From the NCBI GenBank assembly GCA_046290465.1, contig JBKAGP010000001.1, forward strand, positions 6,208,001-6,272,000: 64,000 bases of DNA, given 5' to 3'. Source of the DNA: Planctomycetota bacterium (lineage in GTDB: Bacteria; Planctomycetota; UBA1135; UBA2386). Position numbers and translations under genes: made by a program. Numbering within the stretch: the first letter of the stretch is position 1; every line of letters begins with the position of its first letter. The notes beneath the pieces are model-generated. The model did no database searches. It was given only the letters and a program-made list of their open reading frames with translations, and was not told the origin of the DNA. Positions 9,137 through 18,882 of the stretch are shown here, piece by piece.

Positions 9137-9991
9137 TCAGGGTTGGAAAAACGCTGCTGCGTTCGACAATAGCGTGCTGCGTTCGGCCTCGGACAAGGCC
9201 CCCATTGCTTTGAACCAAAGAGATATGCCGGCAACGATGTCCAGCTTCATGGCGTTCTCGATCGCAAGGATCTGACGAGTCTCCGGAAGCTCCCGTCGCC
9301 AGGCTCCCAAGACGACTCCATCGCGGATCGAGACCATGTCCGCACCCTTGCGCCTAGCTTCGGCAAAGTTGATCATCCCGTTTCGTGCCGAGATGTCGAG
9401 CACCTTGGCGCGGCCATCGGCGATCAGCTGCTCGAATTCCCTGTCACTCGTTTCGTTCCGTAGCTGCCGACATGGAATCGCCAACCTAGTCATTGTTTCG
9501 AGGATTATTCCGAGACGCCGACGATCTTCCGGGCCGATGTAGGTGTCACGTGGATTGAACGACTGGCTGCGTACCAGCAGATCTGGGCGGAACCCACGTT
9601 CGAAGCCAAATGCGACTTCCGATTCGGCGCGCTTGGAGCGGCGGGGGAGTTTCTGCCAGGAGACATCGTTCGCCGTCGGGTCATCGGCCTCGACCGCGGC
9701 GCTCGGGCTTAAAGCCCCGAGGTTCATGGAGTCGATCGCATCAGATAGTGTGCCGTATGCGTCCGTTGCAGCATCGAGGCTCTGGTTGCTCGATGCTGCG
9801 CGACTACTGATTGTCGCGTCTGCCGTTGTCTTCCTTGATGTTCTTGGTTGCCGATTCCAAGCTGAGCGTGTCGCGAGAGCGGCGAGTGTCGCCACGGCGA
9901 GAAAGAGTGCGATGCGGCGGCGAGTTGTTGTCACAGGCCTTGTTGGGGGGGGGGGCGACTGCTGTGTGTTGGGGTGGGTTCTACTCGTCAC
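9137..9991 (-). CDS. Hypothetical membrane-anchored or secreted protein in the lower-GC islet
   Basis: 284-aa ORF with an RRRIALFLAVATLAALA hydrophobic segment and atypical codon usage. The start may instead be GTG 9934. Confidence 0.55.
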   Translation of the reverse strand: MTSRTHPNTQQSPPPPTRPVTTTRRRIALFLAVATLAALATRSAWNRQPRTSRKTTADATISSRAASSNQSLDAATDAYGTLSDAIDSMNLGALSPSAAVEADDPTANDVSWQKLPRRSKRAESEVAFGFERGFRPDLLVRSQSFNPRDTYIGPEDRRRLGIILETMTRLAIPCRQLRNETSDREFEQLIADGRAKVLDISARNGMINFAEARRKGADMVSIRDGVVLGAWRRELPETRQILAIENAMKLDIVAGISLWFKAMGALSEAERSTLLSNAAAFFQP

Positions 9992-10280
9992 TGCATAGTG
10001 TGCAGGCGATTTTCAAGTCCAGTACACACACGATCACGTTGTTCTGGTCTCGGAAGCTATACCTTTCAGTGTAGTCGAGTCCGCACCCGATCGTCTCGGG
10101 AGAGGCAACACCAATTTCGATTTTGCCATTTTGCACGGCAACCTGGTTGCCGCCGCCCCACTTAAATGCATGGTCGATCGCGGACCCCGGCGGTATTGTG
10201 AAGCTGAAGCCAAGAACTGGGTAGCACTGGTCAGGATTGACTGGCAAGCAGAATCGGGGCAGGAAGTGCGAGTTGGCCAA
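9981..10280 (-). CDS. Small Cys-rich hypothetical protein in the lower-GC islet (start uncertain)
   Basis: Protein-like composition with 6 Cys; its stop overlaps the start region of the next ORF. The frame stays open well upstream of the TTG. Confidence 0.35.
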   Translation of the reverse strand: MANSHFLPRFCLPVNPDQCYPVLGFSFTIPPGSAIDHAFKWGGGNQVAVQNGKIEIGVASPETIGCGLDYTERYSFRDQNNVIVCVLDLKIACTLCSDE

Positions 10281-10538
10281 GAAGTCGCTGGTACGTCGTA
10301 AGTGACTAACCCCGAAATCGTTGCACGCGGCGACGCGCCGTGCTCCTCGACCACCAACAGTGGGTAGTGCAGCATGCGTTCTGTAAACCGTCCGAGGCAG
10401 CTTGACGCAGTCGGCGTTGGTCGGCGCGGTTGGTCGCGAGACGGTGACCAGTGTCCTTGAGGTCCAGGGCGCGCCGGTGGCGCGGTCATGGTTAACGACT
10501 AACGCCTCGCTGCCGAGGCACGCGCGAGTGCCGAGGGG

Positions 10539-11640
10539 CTGACCCCGTTCGGCAAGGTGCGAGTTCTTCGCCGCACGTACCGCGGCGATGGCGCCGGGGC
10601 GGCCAGCGCCGCTCGACGACGCGTGTGGAATGCGAGGTCGCTACATGGCCCCGGACGTCGAGGAGATGGTGGCGTTTGCGTCGGCGATGCTGACGGCGAG
10701 GGGGGCCGAGCAGCTCTTGGCGAAGGCTCTTCCCGAGGGGCCATCGGCGACAGCTATTCAGAATGCAGTGCGTCGTCTCGGCATCGAGATCGAGGAGCTG
10801 CGCGAGGCGATCGAGGACGCCGTGGCGGCCGAGACGCCGCTCTCGGACAAGGGCGATGTGCTGGTCGCGAGCTGGGACGGCGTGATGGCTCCAATGCGCG
10901 AAACGGCCGACGTGGCGTGGCGCGAGGCGGGCGTCGCCAGCATCTCGACCTACGGGCAAGATGAGGTCGGGCCAGAGAAGCTGCTGGACACGCGATACTT
11001 GGCCAGAATGTCAGAGAGCGGCATGACCACGATTCTCGAACAAATCGCCGATTAGGTGACGCGCGCCAAGGCCGGGTGCGAGTTTCGCGAGTTTGCGGTC
11101 ATCTGCGACGGCAAGGACACGATCTGAACCAGCGCGACGACGCAGCCCGTGCCGCACGGCGCAGTGTGGATCCTCGACTTCTACCACGCCTCCGAGAACC
11201 TGATGAAGGCCGCCAAGGCCATCTTCGGTGGCGGCGACGAGGCCACGCGGTGGCATGACAAGCACCGCGAGAAGCTGCGGCGCGACCCGTGCGGCTGCGC
11301 GAACCATCCGGTCGATGCGCCGCTACCGGAACACCCTGGCCAAGGACAGCACCGAGTGGAAGGTGATCACGAACACCATCGCCTACTTCCGCCGCCACCA
11401 GGATCGGATGCGCTACGCAGAGTTCATCGCTCGCGGCCTTCCGATCCGCAGCGATCCCGTCGAGTCCGCAGCCAAGACCATCGTCCAGGCACGACTCAAA
11501 GCGCAGCGGCATGCGGTGGTCTCGCGATGGCGGGCAGCATGTCCTCAACCTTCGAAGCCTGCTGAACTCAGAGCGATGGGCGCCGATGTGGAGCACGCTC
11601 AAGAAGGCCGCGTGACATGCCTCGATCCAAAGTCACACCC
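10539..11640 (+). pseudogene. Decayed, 5'-truncated ISKra4/ISLre2-type DDE transposase
   Basis: Motifs across three frames: TPFGKVRVLRRTY, SWDGVM, VICDG, ILDFYHASENL, RMRY..GLPIRSDPVESAAK, RSGMRWS. In-frame stops at 11053 and 11125; frameshifts near 10590, 11295 and 11500; terminal stop 11613-11615; possible right end ...GTCACACCC at 11640. Confidence 0.85.
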
Positions 11641-11668
11641 CGTCATGGGGCAGGCTTGACTAGGCAGC

Positions 11669-12853
11669 GTGTACACCCTGCTCATGACTTTGGCGATCGC
11701 GATGGGCATCGCGGCGACAGCAGCTGCGTTCCTTTCATCGAGGTTGATGGCACAGGATCCAGTTGAGGTGCCCCGGGGCACCGTCGCCTGGAAGTTCGCG
11801 CCCGACCGCGCCTGGTTCGGGGGGCTCGAATACGGCGACGGCGTCGTCTACGCCCTCGAGCGCACGGGCTTCGTCTACGCGCTCGACGCGAAGACCGGTG
11901 AGCAGCTGTGGAAGAGCCGGACGCAGCGGCGCTGCGACCAGCAGTTCGGCATCGAACTGCCGCTGGGCGAGCAGCCGCCGGGGCTGTGCTTCAGCAGCGA
12001 CGACGGGCTGTGCCTGCTCGACCTGAAGACCGGCAAGGAGCTGTGGCACACCGACGTCGACGGCCTCGACGGGCCGGCGTGCACCGAGCAGGCGGTGATC
12101 GCCGGCAGCAGCGACGGCAAGATCTACGCGTTCTCGCTGCGGGATGGCAAGAGGCTGTGGGAGCACGACTACGTCGAGGACGCCGAGGAACTGCCGGGCT
12201 CGGACGGCCACGGCGCGCGTTTCGCCGGCAAGGCGGCGCGGCCCGGCCACGCGTCGACGGACGGCAGCCTGGTGGTGCTGCCGGTGTTCGACCAGGGGCG
12301 CGCGGTGGCGGTCGACGCCAGGACCGGCGAGCGGCGGTGGGCGTTCCAGACCAAGGGCTGGATGGGGGCGCGGCCGACGTTCGGGCCGCGCAACGTCATG
12401 CTCGGCAGCCAGGACAAGCACATCTACGCGGTCGACAAGACCACCGGCAAGCTCTCCTGGGAGCACCGGACCGGCGGCCGCATCAGCGGCAGTGCGCGTG
12501 CGACCGAGCGCTTTGCGTTCGTCGGTTCGTGCGATGCGCGGCTCTACTGCGTCGACCAGGTCGTCGGCCACGTGCCGTGGCGTTACGAGACCGAGCACGA
12601 CGAGGGCTACGGCGCGCCGATCTACAGCCGGCCGCTGCTGCTCGACGACGTCGTCTATCTGGCCGCGATGCGAGGCAAGCTCTACGCCGTCGATCGCAAG
12701 ACCGGCGCGGAGCGCTGGAAGATGACGCCGGTCGAGGACTCGGAGCCCAACAGCGACCTGTTCACCGACGGCCAGCGGCTGTTCCTGAGCACGCGCCGCG
12801 ACGGCGACAAGGGCCAGGGTGCGGTGGTCGCCATCGATCTGCCGAAGTCGTGA
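11669..12853 (+). CDS. PQQ-like beta-propeller repeat protein (BamB-like), secreted
   Basis: Repeated YALDAKTGEQLW-type motifs after an N-terminal hydrophobic leader. Confidence 0.9.
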   Translation: MYTLLMTLAIAMGIAATAAAFLSSRLMAQDPVEVPRGTVAWKFAPDRAWFGGLEYGDGVVYALERTGFVYALDAKTGEQLWKSRTQRRCDQQFGIELPLGEQPPGLCFSSDDGLCLLDLKTGKELWHTDVDGLDGPACTEQAVIAGSSDGKIYAFSLRDGKRLWEHDYVEDAEELPGSDGHGARFAGKAARPGHASTDGSLVVLPVFDQGRAVAVDARTGERRWAFQTKGWMGARPTFGPRNVMLGSQDKHIYAVDKTTGKLSWEHRTGGRISGSARATERFAFVGSCDARLYCVDQVVGHVPWRYETEHDEGYGAPIYSRPLLLDDVVYLAAMRGKLYAVDRKTGAERWKMTPVEDSEPNSDLFTDGQRLFLSTRRDGDKGQGAVVAIDLPKS

Positions 12854-12957
12854 TCGGGTGGGGGTGATGTGGGTGGGTTGGCCTGTGGGTTGACCGGTGG
12901 GCTGGCCCGTCGGCTGGCGGTGGGAAGGCTGGTGCTGGCTGGTGGAAGGAACGCGCA

Positions 12958-13032
12958 AACACCGCATACCGAACCTGGTTCATCCTGCGCCGCGAAGCGG
13001 CGCAGGATGAACCAGGTTCGGTATGCGGTGTT
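12958..13032. repeat. Perfect inverted repeat with 36-bp arms and a GAA loop, between convergent genes
   Basis: AACACCGCATACCGAACCTGGTTCATCCTGCGCCGC (12958-12993), GAA, then the exact reverse complement (12997-13032). Confidence 0.95.
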
Positions 13033-13040
13033 GCGTCGGA

Positions 13041-14750
13041 TCAGCGCTGGCCGCCGGCGCCTTCGGCCGGTTCGGCCAGCACCTTGCAGGCTTGTTGGAC
13101 CAGCGCGATCAGTTCCTGGTTGCGGTCGGCGTCGAGGCCCTGGGCCAGTTCGGCGAGCAGGTCGGGCGTGATCGAGCCGCGGTGTTCGTCGTCGCGGAGC
13201 TGCATCGCGACGGCGGCGGCGGTGGCGGCGACGTGGCCGTTCTTCGACAGCGCCGGCGGCTTGCCGGCGGGCGCCGGCAGTTCGTGGGCGATCTCCTTGC
13301 TGGTGTCGCCCTCGGCCGGCTTGTAGCGAACGCGCAGGGTCGCGAGCGGGGCGTCGCCGGCTTCGGCGCCGGCGACGCGCTCGATCTCGTAGAGCGCGGT
13401 GACGTCGTGGCCGGCGCCCATCTCGCCGCCGTCCTTCTTGTCGTCGCGGAAGTCGCGCGCGGCCAGCGCGCGGTTCTCGTAGCCGAGCAGGCGGTAGCGC
13501 TTGACGAGGCCCTGATGGAACTCGGCCTGCAGCTTGACGTCCTTGGCCACCGTCATCATCTCGGCGCCGAACTCCTCGACGAGCACCCGGCGCGCCGTGT
13601 GCAGGTTGTCGACGTAGTGGTAGTTGCCGTTGCCGCGGTTGGCGAGACGCTCGAGGCGGTCGTCCTTGAGGTTGCCGGTGCCGAACCCGAGCACGGTCAG
13701 GAAGACGCCCTGCTCCTTGCGCGCCTTGATGAACTCCTCGAGCTCGTCGGCGTCGCGGATGCCGACGTTGAAGTCGCCGTCGGTCGCCAGCAGCACGCGG
13801 TTGACGCCCTGCACCTTGTTCTTGGTGGCCAGCTCGTAGGCCGCCTGGATGCCGCCCTGGCCGTTGGTGCCGCCGCTGGTGCGCAGCGCCTGGATCGCCT
13901 CGCGGATCTTGCCCGGCTCGCTGCCGGAGATCGAGTCGAGCGGCACCCGCACGCTGTTGGCGTAGGTGACGATCGACACCGTGTCCTGCGGGCGTAGCTG
14001 GTCGATCAGCAGGTCGCTCGCCTTCTGCAGCAGCGGCAGCTTGTCCGCGTTGCGCATCGATCCCGACACGTCGATCAAGAACACGAAGTTGCAGGGCGGC
14101 AGCTTGTCCTTGTCGATCGCGCGCGTGCTCAGCGAGAACCGCACCAGCTCTCGCTCGGCGTTCCACGGGCAGGCGGCGACCTCGGACTCGATCGCAAACG
14201 TGGTGCGCCCGGTCGGCGTCGGCAGGTCGTAGCGGCAGGCGTTGACGAACTCCTCGACGCGGATGGCGGTGGTCGGCGGCCGTTCGCCGTCGCGCAGGAT
14301 GCGGTGCGCGTTGGTGAACGACGCGGTGTCGACGTCGGCGGCGAACGTCGACAGCGGCGAGGCCTCCGGTGTCAGGTAGCCGCTGGCGTCGACCTCGGCG
14401 TAGCTCTCGGCATCGCCGCCGTCGAGCCGCATCGCCCGCCGGCGGCCGCTGCGGCCGCCGAACGAACCGCCGGCGCCGCCGCCCACCCCGACCGCCGAGT
14501 TCCACTGGTTCGAATCGAACGCGCTCTCCTTCTTGGCCTCGGGCGCCGCTTCGCTCTCGACGATCAGCACCTCCTCGACCACGTCCTCGGGCTGCTCCGT
14601 CGGCGGCGGCGGCGGCGGCGGCTCCTCGATCTCGTTCGCCACCGGTACGTCCTGCGCTGGCGTCGGTAGGGCCTTGGTCGGGGCGGGATGGTCGTCGCAG
14701 CTGGCGAGCAGCAGCGCGACCGGGAGCAACAGCGGGATTCGACGCACCAT
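13041..14750 (-). CDS. von Willebrand factor A domain lipoprotein (YfbK/DUF3520-like)
   Basis: Lipobox LLASC; PLSTFAADVDTAS; MIDAS motif DVSGSM; LATDGDFNVG; YRLLGYENR. Confidence 0.9.
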   Translation of the reverse strand: MVRRIPLLLPVALLLASCDDHPAPTKALPTPAQDVPVANEIEEPPPPPPPTEQPEDVVEEVLIVESEAAPEAKKESAFDSNQWNSAVGVGGGAGGSFGGRSGRRRAMRLDGGDAESYAEVDASGYLTPEASPLSTFAADVDTASFTNAHRILRDGERPPTTAIRVEEFVNACRYDLPTPTGRTTFAIESEVAACPWNAERELVRFSLSTRAIDKDKLPPCNFVFLIDVSGSMRNADKLPLLQKASDLLIDQLRPQDTVSIVTYANSVRVPLDSISGSEPGKIREAIQALRTSGGTNGQGGIQAAYELATKNKVQGVNRVLLATDGDFNVGIRDADELEEFIKARKEQGVFLTVLGFGTGNLKDDRLERLANRGNGNYHYVDNLHTARRVLVEEFGAEMMTVAKDVKLQAEFHQGLVKRYRLLGYENRALAARDFRDDKKDGGEMGAGHDVTALYEIERVAGAEAGDAPLATLRVRYKPAEGDTSKEIAHELPAPAGKPPALSKNGHVAATAAAVAMQLRDDEHRGSITPDLLAELAQGLDADRNQELIALVQQACKVLAEPAEGAGGQR

Positions 14751-14874
14751 GCGCGGGTCGAACGCCGTCGTCGGGATCCGGTTCGCTGGTTTTCCGAGAA
14801 CGCCCGCTCAGAACGTCCACGTCGCCCCGAGCAGCAGGCCCTGGGTCTCGACGTCGGCGCTGTCCGACGCGGCG

Positions 14875-16230
14875 CTACTTGGGCAGCGCGATGCGCGGCG
14901 CCTGCTTCATCCAGGCCTCGACCTCGTCGGGGTGCGACGGCACGTTGCGGCTCATCACCTCGCAGCCGTTCTCGGTGACCAGCACGCAGTCCTCGATCCG
15001 GCAGCCGTAGCCCTTCTTGGGCAGGTACGCGCCCGGCTCGACGGTGATGACCATGCCGGCCTCGAGCACGTCGACCGACGGATCGTGCACGGCGAGGCCG
15101 ACGTGGTGGCACGGACCGTGGTCGTTCTTGTAGCCGCGTTCGACGAGCATGCGCGCGCACAGGCCGCCGAGCTGGCTGAGCCGCGCGCCCGGCTTGACCT
15201 GCTCGAGCAGCGCCTGCTGCACCTCGTAGACGTCGGTGACCAGCTTGCGCTGCTCGGGGGTGAACGTGCCCGACGCCGGGAACGTGCGGGTCACGTCGCT
15301 GCAGTAGCCGTGCAGCGTCGACGCGTAGTCCATCACGATCAGGTCGTCGTCGAGCAGCTTCCGGGTGCAGGCGTTGTAGTGCAGGATGCAGCCGTTGGGG
15401 CCGCCGCCGACGATCGCCGCGTAGGCGTCGGGTCCGCAGCCGTGCAGCGCGAACACGCAGCGCGCGACCGCCGCCAGCTGGTACTCGTAGGCGCCCGGGC
15501 GCACGCTGCGCATCGCCTCGCCGATGCCCTCGGCGGCGATCTCGGTCGAACGGCGCAGCAGCGCCAGTTCGGTCGCGGACTTGTGCGGGCGCATGCGATG
15601 CACGTAGCGCTCGAGCGACTCGATCACGACGCCGGGCATCAGCTTGGCGAGCGCCTGCGAAAACGCCTTCTCGCGGCTGACGCGCCCGTCGAGCGGGTCC
15701 TTGCTGAGCGCCGACGCCGACTCGCGCGACTTGCTCGGGGTGCTGCCGAGCCGCGCGGCCGGCCGGGTCGCGGTGATGACCGTGCGCGGCTGGTGGTCGT
15801 GGAGCTCCGTCAGGCGGCGGTGCAGCGAGCGCACGTTGCCGACCTCGCCGAAGCCGGTCGCCTTGGCGCTGGCCTCGCCCGGCGCCAGGAAGCGGCCGTC
15901 CCACTTGGCCGAGAACGGCGAGTACGGCGGCACCAGCAGTTCGTCGTGCACCAGCTTGCCGTCGTCGACGATCAGCAGCATCGCGACGGTCGGCTCGGCC
16001 ACGCCGGTCAGGTAGAGGAAGTCCTGGTCCTGCGCGAACGTGCCCATGTCCGGCTGCCTGGCGCCGCCGCGCAGCACCACGATCACCTGCTCGCCTCGGT
16101 GCTTGTCCCCGATGGCGGCGGCGAGCGCGACCCGCCGCTGCCGGTGTTCGTCCGGTTGGATGGGGGAGACCGCGGCCTGCGCGATCAGCAGGGTCGGCAG
16201 CAACAGCGGCAACGCGAGCAGACGGATCAT
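14875..16230 (-). CDS. Xaa-Pro aminopeptidase (M24B) with signal peptide
   Basis: QDQDFLYLTG, LHY, MD..YCSDVTRT, HHVGLAVHD, TVEPGAY and RIED metal ligands; start re-called to ATG 16230. Confidence 0.9.
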   Translation of the reverse strand: MIRLLALPLLLPTLLIAQAAVSPIQPDEHRQRRVALAAAIGDKHRGEQVIVVLRGGARQPDMGTFAQDQDFLYLTGVAEPTVAMLLIVDDGKLVHDELLVPPYSPFSAKWDGRFLAPGEASAKATGFGEVGNVRSLHRRLTELHDHQPRTVITATRPAARLGSTPSKSRESASALSKDPLDGRVSREKAFSQALAKLMPGVVIESLERYVHRMRPHKSATELALLRRSTEIAAEGIGEAMRSVRPGAYEYQLAAVARCVFALHGCGPDAYAAIVGGGPNGCILHYNACTRKLLDDDLIVMDYASTLHGYCSDVTRTFPASGTFTPEQRKLVTDVYEVQQALLEQVKPGARLSQLGGLCARMLVERGYKNDHGPCHHVGLAVHDPSVDVLEAGMVITVEPGAYLPKKGYGCRIEDCVLVTENGCEVMSRNVPSHPDEVEAWMKQAPRIALPK

Positions 16231-16342
16231 GCCGGCAGCATACGGACGTCGCCCCGCTGCCGCGGGGACGTTCTGCGGGGCGACGTGCCGGTGGGGCAAC
16301 ATCGGTACGTGGGCCGTGGGCGGTCGCGTTACCATGTCGGCG

Positions 16343-18745
16343 ATGCGACACGCCCTCGTCGTCCCGTTTCTCGGTCTGGTCCTCTCTGCGCAGCAAGCGC
16401 CCGCCGAAGAGGCGCAGGAGACCTACGGCCACTCGCGCCACGGCAGCACGTTCGACGAAGGTCCGCGCTCGGCCGCCTACCTGATGCCCGGCATGGGCGA
16501 CGCGGTGCACTTCCCGGTCGACGGGATCAGCGAGCTGGCGCAGCAGTACTTCGACCAGGGCATCACCCAGCAGCACGGCTTCTGGCACTTCGAGGCCGAG
16601 CGCAGCTTCCGCCAGGTCGCCAGGCTGCACCCGGACTGCGCGATGGCCTACTGGGGCATGTGCCGCGCCAACGACGAGAACGCCGAGCGCGCCGCCGGCT
16701 TCATCGCCAACGCGGTCGCGCGCAGCAAGGACTGCAGCGAGCGCGAGCAGCTGTGGATCGACGCGTGGGCGCGCTACTACCGCGTCGACGCCGAGGACCG
16801 CAAGGAGCTGCAGTCGGGCGACGCCGCGCGCCGCGACGCAGCGGTCGAGAAGGTCGTCGAGAAGAACAAGAAGCGGGAGAAGAAGGACCTCGACAAGCTC
16901 GACAAGAAGCTGCTGAAGGACCTCGGCACGATCGTGTTCGAGTACCCGGACGACGTCGAGGCCAAGGCGTTCCTGGCGATCCAGAACTGGCTGGCGTACC
17001 GCTGGGGCGGCGGCGTGCCGATCGTCTCGCACACCGCGGTCGACGCGCTGCTCGACCAGGTCTTCGCCGCGAAGCCGCTGCACCCGGCACACCACTACCG
17101 CATCCACCTCTGGGACCGCGAGGACGCCCGCCGCGCGCTCGACTCGGCCGCCAAGAACGGCTCCAGCGCGCCGGCGATCGCGCACCAGTGGCACATGCCC
17201 GGCCACATCTACGCCAAGCTCAACCGGCACGCCGAGGCCGCCTGGCAGCAGGAGGCGTCGGGCCGCGCCGACCACGCGCACATGATGCGCGACGGCGTGA
17301 TGCCGTTCTTGATCCACAACTGCGCGCACAACCAGGAGTGGCTGGCGCGCAGCCTCGGCCACTGCGGCCGCGTCGAGGACGCGCTGCAGATCGCCAAGAA
17401 CCTGGTCGAGCTGCCGCGCCACCCCGAGCACAACCAGATCGCGAGCGGCGGTTCGGCGGCCGGCTACGGCCGCAAGCGCCTGATCCAGCTGTGCGAGGAC
17501 CACAACCTGTGGGCGCAGGCGCTCGAGCTGGTGCAGCAGGGCTACCTCGAGCAGAGCGACGACCTCGAGAGCGAGGTCGCGCGGCTGCGGCTGCTCGGCC
17601 GCGCCTGCTACCGCCTCGGCCGCAAGGACGACGGCGCGCGCGTGGTCGCCGACGTCGGCAACCTGCTGTCGAAGGCCCGCACCCAGCGCGCTTCGGCGAT
17701 CGACAAGGCCGAGGAGGACGCGCACGAGCGGCGCCTCAAGCGCGACAAGATGCTGGCCGCCGTCGCCGACGCCGGCAAGGAGCCGACCAGCGTCGTGCAG
17801 TCGGTGCTCGACCTGCAGCGTGAGCTCGAGGCCGAGCGGCTGCTCGCCGACGGCGACGCGGTCGCGGCCCTGAAGGAGCTCGAGGGCGTGCGCATCAGCC
17901 AGGCGCTGCGCACCGGCATCCAGATCGCGGCCGGCAAGGTCGACGACGCCGTCAAGGCGCTGGAGAAGGACGACCAGCGCAACCCGAACCGGATGGCGAC
18001 CATCGCGGCGCTGTTCCGCGCCCACGCGGCCCGGCTCGACGCCGCCACGGACGACGAGGCCAAGGCCGCCGCCGAGGACCAGCTGCGAGGCTACATGGTG
18101 CGCGTCATGGAGCTCGCGCCGCTCGCCTACGCCGAGCAGCACCTCGGCATCGGCGTCGACGTCAACCGCCACGGGATCCCGGCGTCGGCCTCGGCGTCGA
18201 CCGAGGGCTTCGGCAAGGACTTCGGCGCGCGCCCCGAGCTCGCGTCGATCGGCCCGCGGGTCTGGAGCCCGGTGCCGAACCCGGGCTTCGCCCTGCCGGC
18301 CATCGACGGCGCCGACGTCGAGCTGGCGGAGGCGGGCGACGGCCGCGCCAAGCTGGTCGTCTTCTACCTGGGCTTCGGCTGCCTGCACTGCGTCGAGCAG
18401 CTGCACGCGCTGCGGCCGATGCAAAAGCGCTTCGCCGACGCGGGCATCGACATCGTCGCGGTCGGCTCGGACACGGTCGCGAGCACCAAGCAGGCGTTCC
18501 TCGACCTGCCGGCCCAGGAGCGCATGCCGTTCCCGATGCTGTGCGACGAGCAGCTCGAGGCCTTCAAGCGCTGGCGCTGCTATGACGACTTCGAAGCGAT
18601 GACCCTGCACGGCACGTTCCTGGTGGACGGAACGGGCCGCGTGCGCTGGCAGGACATCAGCTACGAGCCGTTCATGGAGGTCGAGTGGCTGCTGCAGGAG
18701 AGCCGCCGCCTGCTGGCGCTGCCGGTCCCGGTGGGGGCCCGCTAG
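16343..18745 (+). CDS. Secreted TPR-like protein with a C-terminal AhpC/TSA (redoxin) domain
   Basis: Signal peptide; AQQYFDQG..HGFW, HHYRIH and HMPGHIY in the TPR-like part; FYLGFGCLHC and GTFLVDGTGRVRW in the redoxin part. Start is 16334 or 16343. Confidence 0.85.
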   Translation: MRHALVVPFLGLVLSAQQAPAEEAQETYGHSRHGSTFDEGPRSAAYLMPGMGDAVHFPVDGISELAQQYFDQGITQQHGFWHFEAERSFRQVARLHPDCAMAYWGMCRANDENAERAAGFIANAVARSKDCSEREQLWIDAWARYYRVDAEDRKELQSGDAARRDAAVEKVVEKNKKREKKDLDKLDKKLLKDLGTIVFEYPDDVEAKAFLAIQNWLAYRWGGGVPIVSHTAVDALLDQVFAAKPLHPAHHYRIHLWDREDARRALDSAAKNGSSAPAIAHQWHMPGHIYAKLNRHAEAAWQQEASGRADHAHMMRDGVMPFLIHNCAHNQEWLARSLGHCGRVEDALQIAKNLVELPRHPEHNQIASGGSAAGYGRKRLIQLCEDHNLWAQALELVQQGYLEQSDDLESEVARLRLLGRACYRLGRKDDGARVVADVGNLLSKARTQRASAIDKAEEDAHERRLKRDKMLAAVADAGKEPTSVVQSVLDLQRELEAERLLADGDAVAALKELEGVRISQALRTGIQIAAGKVDDAVKALEKDDQRNPNRMATIAALFRAHAARLDAATDDEAKAAAEDQLRGYMVRVMELAPLAYAEQHLGIGVDVNRHGIPASASASTEGFGKDFGARPELASIGPRVWSPVPNPGFALPAIDGADVELAEAGDGRAKLVVFYLGFGCLHCVEQLHALRPMQKRFADAGIDIVAVGSDTVASTKQAFLDLPAQERMPFPMLCDEQLEAFKRWRCYDDFEAMTLHGTFLVDGTGRVRWQDISYEPFMEVEWLLQESRRLLALPVPVGAR

Positions 18746-18882
18746 GCCCGCCGGCCGACCGGGATCTGCTCCCGGTGGGGTAGCCCGGCGCGACCGGACG
18801 ACTAGAACTCGTTGCCGCGGCCATGCCGCCGTGGCATCCTTCCGTCCTCACCTCGCACACAAGCAAACCAGGGAGGTCAGGC

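Noticed and set aside
10539..11640. Programmed frameshifting or readthrough giving an active transposase
   Set aside because: Two in-frame stops, about three frameshifts and a missing 5' end indicate decay.
14564..18610. Very long alternative-frame and antisense ORFs (e.g. 14564-18610, 14533-17823, 3298-5796, 60194-63082)
   Set aside because: They are Arg/Ala/Gly-rich shadow frames overlapping genes with clear motifs, as expected at this GC content.
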